A stretch of 64,000 nt of DNA from Armatimonadota bacterium (GCA_013203665.1 JABMPU010000077.1:22471-86470); one strand, 5' to 3'; shown: positions 41,657-52,062, counted from the first letter of the stretch. A program made the numbers and translations. Notes: generated by a model not told the origin, from the sequence alone.

Positions 41657-43132
41657 TTGAAAAAAATCCTAACCATTTGTTGTATATTCGTATTGATGAT
41701 GGTTTTTAATACCACAAATGTAGCTGTTTCTCTGTGTTATGGTAGCGAAAGCGAACAAGTAAAATTACAGATCATCACAGAAGATTTCGCACCCTTCAAT
41801 TTCAGATCAAAAGAGGGCAAGATCACGGGTCAGTCCACAGAAGTTGTGCAGGAAATTTTGTCCCGCTTAAACCTGAAAAACGATATTCAGCTTATGCCCT
41901 GGAATGAAGGATATGAGCTCGCTCTATCTAAAAATGATATTGTTCTTTATTCAACCTTTCGAACTACTGAACGTGAAGAACTTTTTCAATGGGTTGGTCC
42001 AATCGGATCAGATGAGTATGTTTTTTATACCCTAAAAAATTCTGGTTTGTCCCTCAGTAGTCTTGAAGAGGCAAAGACAGTTAATGCAATTGGAGTAGTA
42101 CAGGATGATGCCCGTCATCAATTTTTGCAGCAGAACAATGTAACAAATTTGAAACTCTATCAAAACGATGCAGAATGTTATAAAGCTTTGGAAAGCGGAA
42201 ATGTCGAGCTCGTTGTGGGAACCAGTATAACTATGGCTCAGATGGCTCGCCAGGCAGGTGTTGATCCTTCCGAATTAAAGCCAATCTATACTCTGAGGAA
42301 AACACCTTTGTATATTGCCTTCAATAAAAATACTTCAGCAGACATTGTGAAACAATGGCAGGCTACTCTGAACGAATTAAAGCGTGACGGAACATTCGAT
42401 GAGATCAATGAGCGCTGGGGTGAAGCACATACTCCAGGTTATTCGAAATTGGATGCTACTGCCAGTATAAACAAGGTTGCTGCTACAAAACTCCTTGCCG
42501 GCTTCATTGATGTTCGTCTTGGGGAGTTTTTGCTGGTGTTGCAAGCATTGTCCTTTACTGATGAGGCTCGTTCGGGAAAGTGGAAAAAACTTAAATCCCT
42601 TCTCGTTGAACTGGAAGAAGCAGAACATTCTGGTCGGATTTGGTATCTATTGCCTGATGGCTCATATTATACTACTGTTGATGATCTTACAAGCAAGAAT
42701 CTGAAAGATCGTTCCTATTTTCCCGGTTTGATTACTGGGAATTCGGTACTTGGAACCGTTGTAGTGAGTAAATCGACAGGCAAAACAGTGGCTATCGCTG
42801 CTGCTCCAATCATAAAGAAGGATACAGTAAAAGGTGCACTTGGAACTTCGATTTATATGCAAAATATCAATGATGAAGTACAAGATGCTTTTCCCTTGCA
42901 GCCAGATCAGATGTTTTTTGCCATCACTGATGACGGCACGATCGCATTACATTCCGATGATGTGTGGATAGGCCAGAAAGTAGCCATTATGTGCAGCAAT
43001 CTAAAATCATCCTTGAACCGGAATTCAGGTGAATGTAATTTTAACTATGATGGAAAAGATTGGCATGCAGTGTGGGCTACAGCTCCAAGAACAGGATGGC
43101 TTATAGCGATTGCTAATATTGAAAATAAGTAG
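41657..43132 (+). CDS. Family 3 solute-binding domain plus C-terminal Cache-like domain
   Basis: N-terminal part is a close paralog of 40600-41397; C-terminal PDG.YY, DRSYF, VSKSTGK...AAPI, DDGTIALH, TGW. Confidence 0.85.
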   Translation: MKKILTICCIFVLMMVFNTTNVAVSLCYGSESEQVKLQIITEDFAPFNFRSKEGKITGQSTEVVQEILSRLNLKNDIQLMPWNEGYELALSKNDIVLYSTFRTTEREELFQWVGPIGSDEYVFYTLKNSGLSLSSLEEAKTVNAIGVVQDDARHQFLQQNNVTNLKLYQNDAECYKALESGNVELVVGTSITMAQMARQAGVDPSELKPIYTLRKTPLYIAFNKNTSADIVKQWQATLNELKRDGTFDEINERWGEAHTPGYSKLDATASINKVAATKLLAGFIDVRLGEFLLVLQALSFTDEARSGKWKKLKSLLVELEEAEHSGRIWYLLPDGSYYTTVDDLTSKNLKDRSYFPGLITGNSVLGTVVVSKSTGKTVAIAAAPIIKKDTVKGALGTSIYMQNINDEVQDAFPLQPDQMFFAITDDGTIALHSDDVWIGQKVAIMCSNLKSSLNRNSGECNFNYDGKDWHAVWATAPRTGWLIAIANIENK

Positions 43133-43204
43133 TAATAAATTTATTGATAATAAATTCAAACTAAATAGGTGGTTGATGAGTTAAAAAAACAATGGAGGAA
43201 AAAA

Positions 43205-44509
43205 ATGAAATCAAAGTTAATTTTCATTTCAACTATGATTATGTTGCTTATGCTTACCGGATGCGGTGACAACATCACAAAAATCTATGGAAACGGTGAA
43301 ACAGACGGTAGAGTAATTGGCACCATTCATGGCATCGTGACAGATGCAAACACAAATGAAAGACTTGTAAATGTCGATGTTACCTGGCTTGATGAGGATG
43401 AAATAAAAACTACAACAACTAACGCTCTTGGATATTATTTCATCACAGACCTCTCTCCGGGTGATTATGAACTTACATTCTCCGGAAACGAGGATTTTGC
43501 TGTAGGAAGAATAAATGTAACAATTCCCACTCTCGATGAAATCGGAGTTACGAATGTTCCAACTGATGAAGATTTCTATCACACCGAAATCCAGGATATG
43601 GAAATGTATCAATTGAATGCAGGTTTGACAGGAACGATTTACACCATAATTGATGATGAGAATATTGCTTTAGCTTCTGGAGTTATTGTGATTGCTGATT
43701 TTGAAAACTGGAATATTTCACCGGAAGAATATTCTTCAACAACCGGAATTAACGGTATTTTTACTTTTGAAAATCTTCCCTCTACGCCAGAGGTAGTTTT
43801 GAGAACATTGCCTTTTACTGATGGCACTTATAGTTTCGAGGTTGTTGAACTTGACCTGGTTTTATTCCCGGAGACCATTGTAACTGCTCCCAATATTTTC
43901 CTGAACATTATCGATGATCCTCCCTTCATAATAGAAAACAACTTTGATAATGACAATTTTGGAATTTCTGATGCTATTGAAATCACATTTAACAAAGCAA
44001 TCGATGCAAACAATTTTGAAGTTGAACTCTATTCTGATATCGCTGATCCGGTAGAATTTGAAAGCATAACCTGGATTACTGATGCAAATGTGATAATCAC
44101 TCCTGATGAAGACCTTCTTTTGGCAACGGTTTATTTTATGAATCTATCCGGTTGTTCAGTGGATGGTAATTTCTTTGATTTTCCCGGTTTGCAATTTGAA
44201 ACTCAACCCGGAATCGATATTGAAAGTACAAACCTGGAAGTTTATGATAATTACTATGAAATCGCTCCCATGGGAACAATTATCATCAATTTCACCGAAG
44301 AAGTGGATATTTATAATGACCTGAACGTTCTCACTATTACTGGATATCCTGATCCAGCATATGTTTGGTCGAATAATAATAAAACTTTAAGTATTGCACA
44401 TCCCACTGGTGGATATGCAGACGACTTCATTTTGGAAATTACTTATTATTCTACTCTTGCAAGTTATGATTTTGTAGCTAAAACTTTTTTGGTGAACTTA
44501 ATAAACTAA
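43205..44509 (+). CDS. Lipoprotein with carboxypeptidase-regulatory-like and Ig-like domains
   Basis: Lipobox LTGC; G.VTDA.T, T...G.Y....L.PG.Y; acidic; start ATG 43205. Confidence 0.8.
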   Translation: MKSKLIFISTMIMLLMLTGCGDNITKIYGNGETDGRVIGTIHGIVTDANTNERLVNVDVTWLDEDEIKTTTTNALGYYFITDLSPGDYELTFSGNEDFAVGRINVTIPTLDEIGVTNVPTDEDFYHTEIQDMEMYQLNAGLTGTIYTIIDDENIALASGVIVIADFENWNISPEEYSSTTGINGIFTFENLPSTPEVVLRTLPFTDGTYSFEVVELDLVLFPETIVTAPNIFLNIIDDPPFIIENNFDNDNFGISDAIEITFNKAIDANNFEVELYSDIADPVEFESITWITDANVIITPDEDLLLATVYFMNLSGCSVDGNFFDFPGLQFETQPGIDIESTNLEVYDNYYEIAPMGTIIINFTEEVDIYNDLNVLTITGYPDPAYVWSNNNKTLSIAHPTGGYADDFILEITYYSTLASYDFVAKTFLVNLIN

Positions 44510-44514
44510 ATATT

Positions 44515-44541
44515 AGGTGGGTTCAAACCCACCTTTTTTTT
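44515..44541 (+). terminator. Intrinsic terminator
   Basis: AGGTGGGTT-CA-AACCCACCT followed by a T run. Confidence 0.85.
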
Positions 44542-44596
44542 GTCATTTAAAAAAAAAGTAATAAATTTTGGATATTACTAAAATGCTGGAGATAAT

Positions 44597-45478
44597 ATGA
44601 ATAAAATTGGAATTTTTATTTCAATATTTCTTTTGCTTAGCTCATTTATCCAGGCAGAAGAATGGATAAAAGAAGGAAATATTTCACTTTCCTTGAATCA
44701 AAATGCTTACAGCGATAATTGGGCTGGAGATGAGAATGGTTCAATTTCCTGGGTATTCAATGCTGACTTCTTAGCTGAAAAACAGCTTAATCCAAAACTG
44801 CACAATAAAAATACACTCAAAATTGCTTATGGACAAACCCATAGCCAATCTATTGATTCTAACAATGAAAAAGTATGGGAAGAACCTGAAAAAACCACAG
44901 ATTTATTCGACCTGGAATCGGTTCTAAGATTCACCCTGAATACTGTTGTTGACCCCTATATTAGTGGAAGAATCGAAAGCAACTTTATGGATGAAGGTGA
45001 TGAAGCTCTTGGAGTAAATGCTAAATTGTACAATCCCATAATTATTACTGAAGGTTTTGGAGCCGCAAAAATCTTGCTCAAAAAAGAGAAACAAGAACTT
45101 TCCACCAGGCTTGGTGGTGCTTTTAAACAATATGTCAATACACGAGAAGAAATTGATAATACAAATGACGGTGGTATCGAATTTATTGCAGATTATAAAA
45201 CTTCATTAGCAAATGAAAAGATAGGTTTTAAAAGTAAACTGAATATCTATAAAGCTCTCTATTATTCTAAATCTGATCTTGACGTAGATGATAATTGGAA
45301 AGCCTCAAGAATGAATTGGGAAAATATTTTCACAGCATCAATTACTAATCTGATAAATGTGAATCTTTACTTAGAATTTATCTACAATAAAACAGATTAT
45401 GATACCCAAGGTGAATGTATCGATGAAATCCAGTTCAAACAAAACTTATCACTCGGTTTAACCTATAAATTTTTATGA
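44597..45478 (+). CDS. Outer-membrane beta-barrel protein (DUF3078-like)
   Basis: Signal peptide, NQ.AYSDNW.G, C-terminal LSLGLTYKF. Confidence 0.75.
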   Translation: MNKIGIFISIFLLLSSFIQAEEWIKEGNISLSLNQNAYSDNWAGDENGSISWVFNADFLAEKQLNPKLHNKNTLKIAYGQTHSQSIDSNNEKVWEEPEKTTDLFDLESVLRFTLNTVVDPYISGRIESNFMDEGDEALGVNAKLYNPIIITEGFGAAKILLKKEKQELSTRLGGAFKQYVNTREEIDNTNDGGIEFIADYKTSLANEKIGFKSKLNIYKALYYSKSDLDVDDNWKASRMNWENIFTASITNLINVNLYLEFIYNKTDYDTQGECIDEIQFKQNLSLGLTYKFL

Positions 45479-45668
45479 TTTTAACAAGCGAGATTATATT
45501 CTCGCTTCTGTTAATTCATAATCTCTTGCTAATTCTCTGAACTTGAGTCTTGGTTTCATCTAAATAAGCTATCCCGTAACTGCCGGATGAAGGGGAGATT
45601 AACTTAAGTCCCTAACATTCGCAAATATCCCGAGGACTTTCGGTAGAGCAAGGGTAAATAAGGTAAAT

Positions 45669-46040
45669 ATGAGTTTATTAGGAAACATTTTATGGATTAT
45701 CTTAGGAGGAGGAATTTTTCTTTTCCTAGAATATCTGATTGCCGGATTCGTCTTATGCTGCACGATTATCGGAATTCCTTTTGGAGTGCAATGTATAAAA
45801 ATTTCTCTTCTAGCTCTTGCTCCCTTTGGAAGGGAAATCAAAGAAAAAGAATCTGCTTCAGGTTTTCTGGCTATTATCATGAATATCATCTGGATTCTTA
45901 TTGGAGGATTCTGGATAGCAATAACACACATTGTTTTCGGAATTCTTTGTGCAATCACCATTATTGGACTTCCTTTTGCCAAACAGCACTTGAAACTGGC
46001 AACTTTGAGTTTGGTTCCTTTTGGACGAAAAATGGTGTGA
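45669..46040 (+). CDS. YccF domain inner-membrane protein
   Basis: Two NI.W...GG...TIIG.PF..Q..K....L.PFG repeats. Confidence 0.93.
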   Translation: MSLLGNILWIILGGGIFLFLEYLIAGFVLCCTIIGIPFGVQCIKISLLALAPFGREIKEKESASGFLAIIMNIIWILIGGFWIAITHIVFGILCAITIIGLPFAKQHLKLATLSLVPFGRKMV

Positions 46041-46123
46041 ATTTACAAGTGGTGGATTAATGATGATCCTCCATTTTTTTATTGTAAATCATAAAGTTTC
46101 AATTTTATGTGTTTAAGATTTAA

Positions 46124-48334
46124 ATGATGAAAGAAAGCAATCAAATAAAAATCGCCATTTTAATAATTTTTCTTCTAATCTTCTTCTCATTTCTTTTTGC
46201 TGAAGAACAGAATCTGGAAAGACCGAAAATCGGACTTGTTCTCAGTGGCGGAGGAGCAAAAGGAATAGCTCATATTGGTGTTCTAAAGGTTCTCGAAGAA
46301 GCTGGAATTGAAGTAGATTTCATCACCGGTACAAGCATGGGAAGCATTATCGGCGGACTTTATGCAATCGGTTACTCTGCTGCAGAATTAGAAAAAATCA
46401 TATTAGAACAGGATTGGAATGAGCTGATTTATGATAGAATTTCCAGGAGAAATATTTCTTTAACAGAAAAAGATGAAAGAGAAAAATATGCTGCTTCATT
46501 TCCTATCAGTGAAGGAAAAATCGGCTTGCCAAAAGGGCTTGTTGCAGGACAGAAAATATCAGCATTAATCTCAAAACTTACAATTTCTGTTCATCATATC
46601 GAAGATTTTAACAACCTTCCAATCCCTTTTCTTTGCATTGCCACAGATATCGAAAATGGTAAAGTCGTTATCTTGGATGAAGGTTATCTTCCTGATGCTA
46701 TTCGAGCAAGTATGTCCATTCCATCTGCTTTTGCTCCCATCGAAATTGAAGGTCAACTGCTGGTAGATGGCGGATTAATAAGAAACTTTCCGGTCTCAGA
46801 TATAAAAAAAATGGGAGCTGATATCGTTATTGGAGTAGATGTGAGTGCTCCTCTTTATACAAAAAAGGAACTGAAATCTTTAGTAAAAATTATGGAACAA
46901 TCCATGAGTTTCCAGGGTTCCATTGCCACTCAGGAAGAAAGAAAACTCTGTGATATTCTAATTTCTCCGGATATAGATGAATATAATATCATGGATTTTG
47001 AAAATGCAGATTCACTGATTATCAGAGGAGAAAGAGCAGCCAGAAAATTTCTTCCTCAATTATCTGCCCTCGCTGATTCTCTGAAACATTTTCCTCAAAA
47101 AACAAAAATGATTCCAATAACATCAATAGATTCCTTATTTGTTACAAAAATATACATTCAGGGACTCAGGAAAGTATCGAAAAACCTGGTAAGAGGAAAA
47201 CTGCAATTAAAAAAAAATAGTTGGATTACTCCCGACGAACTGGAAAAAGCTATTGAACGAGTTTATGGAAGCAATTTCTTTAGAAGAGTTACCTACAAGC
47301 TTGAACCTGTTAGCAATGGCATTAAATTATTCGTTCGCGTTGTAGAGAAGACAACTGATTATTTTAATGTGAATATTCATTATGATAGTGATATGAAATC
47401 AGCTCTGTTATTAAATACAACATTTAGAAATCTTTTTGTTCAAGGTTCAAAATTATCTGTAAATCTGGAATTAAGCGACAATCTTCGATTTAATTCATCC
47501 TATTTTATTTATACAGGATGGAAACCGGGAATTGGTTTTGGCTTGAAATTGTGGCGAGAAGATTTTGAAGTTCCGATTTTTCAAGAAACTGGAATTCAGC
47601 AGGCAATTTTCGAATACACCACCAGTGGAATTGGTTGGGAACTACAAACAATTTTCTCAAATTCTTCAGCATTCGGAGGAATCCTAGAATTTGAACATAC
47701 TATGCTCGACCCAGTTATTGTGCCGGAAACTTGGCCTCGTGAAAGGAGTGAATTAAATTATTTTAATATTAGAGGATTTATAAATATCGATAGATTAGAC
47801 AGAAGTATCTACCCTCGAAAAGGCATTGAACTTTATGCAGAAGCAAAATACATCCAGGAGATTGAAAAAGAAGAAAAAAGACATGAACCAGTTGAATTCT
47901 GTGTTTTCTTGCTTACAAAAATCGAACAATTAACTAAAAAAATATCATTGATCGGAAGTATCTACGGAGGTTCAGTTAACGGGGATGAAATTCCAGGAGA
48001 CGCATTATTTTACCTTGGAGGTTTCAATTACCATCAAAAAGGTCTTCTGCCATTTGTGGGTTACAAGTTTATGGCGCTTTCTGCTCCCAATGCTATTGCC
48101 TTATCGACTGGTCTTCAATTCGAAGCCTGGAAAGGGAAATTCATTATAATTAAAGGTAATTACGCTAAACTTGGTGTTAATATCAGCGACCTTTTTAAGA
48201 AAGATTACGAATATCATGGATATGCAATAACCTTTGGTATTAAAACTCCTATTGGACCAATGGAATTTTCTTTAATGAAAGGAAGTGAATCAAAAGATTT
48301 TATAAGTTATGTGAATATAGGATATCCATTTTAG
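46124..48334 (+). CDS. Patatin-like phospholipase with POTRA and beta-barrel (PlpD/type Vd-like)
   Basis: LSGGGAKG, GTSMG, DGG; C-terminal TPIGP...NIGYPF. Confidence 0.9.
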   Translation: MMKESNQIKIAILIIFLLIFFSFLFAEEQNLERPKIGLVLSGGGAKGIAHIGVLKVLEEAGIEVDFITGTSMGSIIGGLYAIGYSAAELEKIILEQDWNELIYDRISRRNISLTEKDEREKYAASFPISEGKIGLPKGLVAGQKISALISKLTISVHHIEDFNNLPIPFLCIATDIENGKVVILDEGYLPDAIRASMSIPSAFAPIEIEGQLLVDGGLIRNFPVSDIKKMGADIVIGVDVSAPLYTKKELKSLVKIMEQSMSFQGSIATQEERKLCDILISPDIDEYNIMDFENADSLIIRGERAARKFLPQLSALADSLKHFPQKTKMIPITSIDSLFVTKIYIQGLRKVSKNLVRGKLQLKKNSWITPDELEKAIERVYGSNFFRRVTYKLEPVSNGIKLFVRVVEKTTDYFNVNIHYDSDMKSALLLNTTFRNLFVQGSKLSVNLELSDNLRFNSSYFIYTGWKPGIGFGLKLWREDFEVPIFQETGIQQAIFEYTTSGIGWELQTIFSNSSAFGGILEFEHTMLDPVIVPETWPRERSELNYFNIRGFINIDRLDRSIYPRKGIELYAEAKYIQEIEKEEKRHEPVEFCVFLLTKIEQLTKKISLIGSIYGGSVNGDEIPGDALFYLGGFNYHQKGLLPFVGYKFMALSAPNAIALSTGLQFEAWKGKFIIIKGNYAKLGVNISDLFKKDYEYHGYAITFGIKTPIGPMEFSLMKGSESKDFISYVNIGYPF

Positions 48335-48337
48335 AAA

Positions 48338-49282
48338 ATGAATCATATCAACATCGAGATAAAAGCACGTTGTTCAAATAAAGAACAAATCAGAAAAATC
48401 TTGAAAAATAAGAGTGCTGATTTCAAAGGCATTGACCGGCAAATAGATACCTACTACAAAGTTAAGAAGGGAAGATTAAAACTTCGCGAAGGAAACATTG
48501 AAAACTGCTTGATTTATTACGATCGAGAAGATATATCTGGTCCCAAAAAATCTGATGTAATTCTTTTTCCGGTTCAAAAGAATTCTTCTCTTAAACAGAT
48601 TTTTCTCAATTCATTTGAAATCCTGGTAAGAGTAAAAAAGACAAGAGAAATTTATTTCATAGATAATATCAAATTTCATCTTGATGGAGTGGAAAATCTG
48701 GGGAATTTCGTGGAAATCGAAGCAATTGATAAGAATGGAAAAATTGGAGCAAAAACTCTTCTTAAGCAATGCCAGGAATATCTTAACTTATTCAAAATAA
48801 AAGAACAAGATCTGATCGAAAACTCCTACAACGATATGCTTTTAGAAAACGAACTCCAGATAAAACCGGGAACTATTAATGAAGTCGTTCTTCTATCCAA
48901 ACAAATTCCTGAATTTGATAAACCTTATGAAAACTCAGAATACAAAAAGAGATTCGAAAATACAAAACATCTTATTTTGATTGCGTACTATTTTGAGAAA
49001 CCGGTCGGTTTTAAGGTTGGTTATCAGATAGAAGATTATTTCTATACCTGGATGGGAGGAGTTCTCCCAAATTTCAGAAACAGAAACATTGCGAAAAAAC
49101 TTGCTCAAAAACAGGAAGAATGGATAAAAGAAAACAGCTTTGTAAAAATGAAATTGAAAATCAGAAATAAGCATAAATCCATGCTGCATTTTGCTCTTTC
49201 AAACGGATTTAAAATCATTAGCTTAGAGCCGAATAAAAACAAAGAAGAGAGCAGAATTATCCTGGAAAAGAAGGTTGATTAA
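48338..49282 (+). CDS. CYTH (class IV adenylate cyclase-like) domain fused to GNAT acetyltransferase
   Basis: EIKAR, Q.DTY, RLKLRE, G.FVEIE; then W.GGV.P.FR.R.IA..L. Confidence 0.85.
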   Translation: MNHINIEIKARCSNKEQIRKILKNKSADFKGIDRQIDTYYKVKKGRLKLREGNIENCLIYYDREDISGPKKSDVILFPVQKNSSLKQIFLNSFEILVRVKKTREIYFIDNIKFHLDGVENLGNFVEIEAIDKNGKIGAKTLLKQCQEYLNLFKIKEQDLIENSYNDMLLENELQIKPGTINEVVLLSKQIPEFDKPYENSEYKKRFENTKHLILIAYYFEKPVGFKVGYQIEDYFYTWMGGVLPNFRNRNIAKKLAQKQEEWIKENSFVKMKLKIRNKHKSMLHFALSNGFKIISLEPNKNKEESRIILEKKVD

Positions 49283-49284
49283 AT

Positions 49285-49899
49285 ATGAAAATTCCCCAAA
49301 AAATCATTTTAATAATATTATTATTAATTGCTATTAACTCGCTTTTTCCTGAATCGCTGTCATTCAGATTCATCTGCTCCGGAGCAGCTTATTATCCGGA
49401 ATACCCGGATTATGATTATGACAGTCCGGTTACAGGTTGCAAATTCGATGCGGAAATATTTAATATTATCGGAAATTTTGGAATTGGCGGTTCTGCTTTT
49501 CTTCAAATCAGAAGTTATGATAAATATTTCCAATCTATGAAAATATATGATGCTTACATACACCATTTTGATAGCTACCAGGGAAAAGATTCTTATTTCA
49601 TTTATGGTTTTTTTGGAGGTGTGCAGCGTACAGACTTAAAGTATGAAGACTACAAAACTTCTCAAAAATTCGAACTTCTAATGACAAAACCTTTGCTGGG
49701 CTTTCACTTTTCCACTCATCAATGGGGCTTTACCCTAACCTGGACTCAAACAGAGAACGAAAAACCACGTTTGGGATATGAAGTGAAATTCCGGGACTCC
49801 AGTGGTGTTATTTTCCAAATTGGCAGAAGCACCAAAGGTCCAATCGAAGGTGCAAAATCTGACTTTCACATTTATACAGGTTATGAATTTTTTATGTAA
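49285..49899 (+). CDS. Hypothetical secreted/outer-membrane protein
   Basis: Signal peptide; alternating aromatic strands, ends GYEFFM. Confidence 0.65.
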   Translation: MKIPQKIILIILLLIAINSLFPESLSFRFICSGAAYYPEYPDYDYDSPVTGCKFDAEIFNIIGNFGIGGSAFLQIRSYDKYFQSMKIYDAYIHHFDSYQGKDSYFIYGFFGGVQRTDLKYEDYKTSQKFELLMTKPLLGFHFSTHQWGFTLTWTQTENEKPRLGYEVKFRDSSGVIFQIGRSTKGPIEGAKSDFHIYTGYEFFM

Positions 49900-49902
49900 A
49901 AC

Positions 49903-50574
49903 ATGGTAAAAATGAAAAAAAATGATCTATCTGTTTCAATGGGAAAAGCAAATTTGTATTCATTACCTTTTGTGTTTTTTTCATTTATTGTTTTCAGTCT
50001 TCCCTATTTTTTCATCTGGGGCAGAAATAGCGTGGAAATCGGTATTAGAGCTACTTATCTCAATTTGAAAGTTTTCATTCCGGTTTTTGTTTTGGGAGCA
50101 TTTCTGCACGAAATTCTGCACGGAGTTTCATTTCTGATTTTTGGAAAATTAAGCTACAAGCAAATCAAAATAGGATTTCAATGGAAAACCATAACTCCGT
50201 TTGCTCACTGCAAAGTTCCGGTTAAAGCATCTGTTTACAGAATTGCTTTGATAATGCCGACTCTTATTTTAGGAATCATTCCCTCGATTATTGCGATTAT
50301 CACAGGCAATAGCTGGCTCATTATTTACGGAATCATTTTCACAGTAGTTGGAGGTGGAGATTTTCTAACTGTTTGGCTCATTCGCAAAGCCAAAAAAAAT
50401 CAGCTTGTACAGGACCATCCTAAGAATTGTGGGTGTTGGGTTTATGAAAACAACCCCATCCTTGATCCTTCCCCTATCCGTCATAATCCGGACAAGACGA
50501 AGGGGAAGGGAAAAATAAGCAACCCCATCCTAACCTTCCCCTATCGAGGGGAAGGGAAAAGTCCCCCTAAATAG
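49903..50574 (+). CDS. DUF3267-like membrane zinc metalloprotease; C-terminus encoded by repeats
   Basis: HEILHG, GGGD, V.DHP...GC; last ~40 aa derive from repeats at 50451-50589. Confidence 0.8.
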   Translation: MVKMKKNDLSVSMGKANLYSLPFVFFSFIVFSLPYFFIWGRNSVEIGIRATYLNLKVFIPVFVLGAFLHEILHGVSFLIFGKLSYKQIKIGFQWKTITPFAHCKVPVKASVYRIALIMPTLILGIIPSIIAIITGNSWLIIYGIIFTVVGGGDFLTVWLIRKAKKNQLVQDHPKNCGCWVYENNPILDPSPIRHNPDKTKGKGKISNPILTFPYRGEGKSPPK

Positions 50575-50589
50575 GGGGATTCAGGGGGT
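50451..50589. repeat. Left CCCC/GGGG double-hairpin repeats (one partial plus one full)
   Basis: CAACCCCATCCTAACCTTCCCCTATCGAGGGGAAGG...TCCCCCTAAATAGGGGGATTCAGGGGGT. Confidence 0.9.
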
Positions 50590-50596
50590 AAAATAA

Positions 50597-50994
50597 ATGC
50601 GAAAATATCCGGAATTGATTATAATTGTAGCAAAAAAATGCGAGAAAATCCAACTAAAGCTGAAGCAATTTTATGGAATGAACTCAAAAGCAGAAAACTA
50701 AACGAATACAAATTTCGCTTTCAAGCTCCTTATGATAATTTTATTCTTGATTTCTTATGTTCAAAATATAAATTGATTATCGAGCTTGATGGAAAATACC
50801 ATGAGAATTTTAAAATGAAAGATACTGAAAGAGATAATTATTTTAATAGTAAAGGTTATCGAATTTTAAGATTCAAAAATGACGAAGTATTTAATAATAT
50901 TGAATTGGTGAAAAAGAAAATAATTAAAGCGATAAAACAACCCCATCCTAACCTTCCCCTATCGAGGGGAAGGAAAGAAAGTCCCACTAGATAG
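50597..50994 (+). CDS. DUF559 (Vsr-like PD-(D/E)XK) endonuclease, apparent frameshift near the 5' end
   Basis: R...T.AE..LW, KFR.Q, I.DF, IELDG..H, D..RD, G.RILRF.N; ATG 50597 is out of frame with 50638 by one A in the A7 tract. Confidence 0.88.
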
Positions 50995-51010
50995 GGGGAT
51001 TCAGGGGATT
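50938..51010. repeat. Right CCCC/GGGG double-hairpin repeat
   Basis: Near-identical direct copy of 50520-50589. Confidence 0.9.
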
Positions 51011-51028
51011 GAAAAAAGGAGTAAATCT

Positions 51029-52060
51029 ATGCAACTTTTAAAAGAACTTTGCGAAGCACCCGGAATTCCCGGCAGAGAACAAGCAATCATCAACATCATG
51101 AAGAGAGAACTGAAAAAAAATACTGATAAAGTATATGTAGATGAAATGGGAAATGTGATCGGTTTCAAAAAAGGAGAAGCCAAAAAACCTCTAAAAGTTA
51201 TGATTGCGGGTCACATGGACGAAATCGGCTTTATAGTCAGTCATATTGATAAAGACGGATTCATTCGTTTCAATCCTCGCGGTGGACACATTCCCAGAAC
51301 TCTCGTATCTCAAAGAGTGAAGATTTATGGTAAAAAGACTTTGATCGGAGTTGTGGAAGGAAGTCCGTTTTTTTTAGCCCCTCCTGACGCTCGCAAGAAA
51401 ATTCCGGAATTGAAAGACCTTTTCATTGATACGGGATTGAAGGAAAAAAAGCTCAAGAAAATCATCAATATCGGCGATATCATTGTTTTAGATAGAAATT
51501 TCATCGAGCAGGGAGATATTTGCATTGCTAAAGCTTTTGATGATAGAATTGCTTGTTATATCATCCTGGAAACAATGAAGCGTTTGGGAAAAGTTAATGC
51601 TGATATTTATGCAGTTGGAACTTCACAGGAAGAAGTTGGGATTCGCGGAGCTTTTACATCTGCCAAAAATTTAAATCCCGATTTCGGCATTGCAGTTGAT
51701 ATCACCGGAAGTTTTGATATTCCCGGTGTTTCCGAACATGAACAGGTGACTAAACTCGGGGAAGGTGTTGCTATTAAAATTAATGATTCTTGCAGTATTT
51801 CCAACCACGGAATCGTGGAATTTATGAAAAAACTGGCAAAGAAAAATAAGATAAAATTCCAGATGGAAATCCTTCCTTTTGGTGGAACAGATGCCGGAGC
51901 AATGCAGAGATCTGGTAAGGGACCTGTTTGTACGCTTTCCATTCCAACCAGGTACGGACATTCACCCAGCGAAATGGTGCATAAAAAAGATGTGGAAGCT
52001 ACAATTGAACTTCTGATTAAATTTATCGAGGAATGTGAGAAGTGTAAATTGGAGTTTTAA
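51029..52060 (+). CDS. M42 family aminopeptidase
   Basis: AGHMDEIG, KAFDDR, QEEVG.RGA, AVD, GGTDAG, PTRY.HS. Confidence 0.95.
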   Translation: MQLLKELCEAPGIPGREQAIINIMKRELKKNTDKVYVDEMGNVIGFKKGEAKKPLKVMIAGHMDEIGFIVSHIDKDGFIRFNPRGGHIPRTLVSQRVKIYGKKTLIGVVEGSPFFLAPPDARKKIPELKDLFIDTGLKEKKLKKIINIGDIIVLDRNFIEQGDICIAKAFDDRIACYIILETMKRLGKVNADIYAVGTSQEEVGIRGAFTSAKNLNPDFGIAVDITGSFDIPGVSEHEQVTKLGEGVAIKINDSCSISNHGIVEFMKKLAKKNKIKFQMEILPFGGTDAGAMQRSGKGPVCTLSIPTRYGHSPSEMVHKKDVEATIELLIKFIEECEKCKLEF

Positions 52061-52062
52061 AA

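Noticed and set aside
50451..51010. CRISPR array
   Set aside because: Only 2-3 copies of ~70 bp, no regular unique spacers and no cas genes
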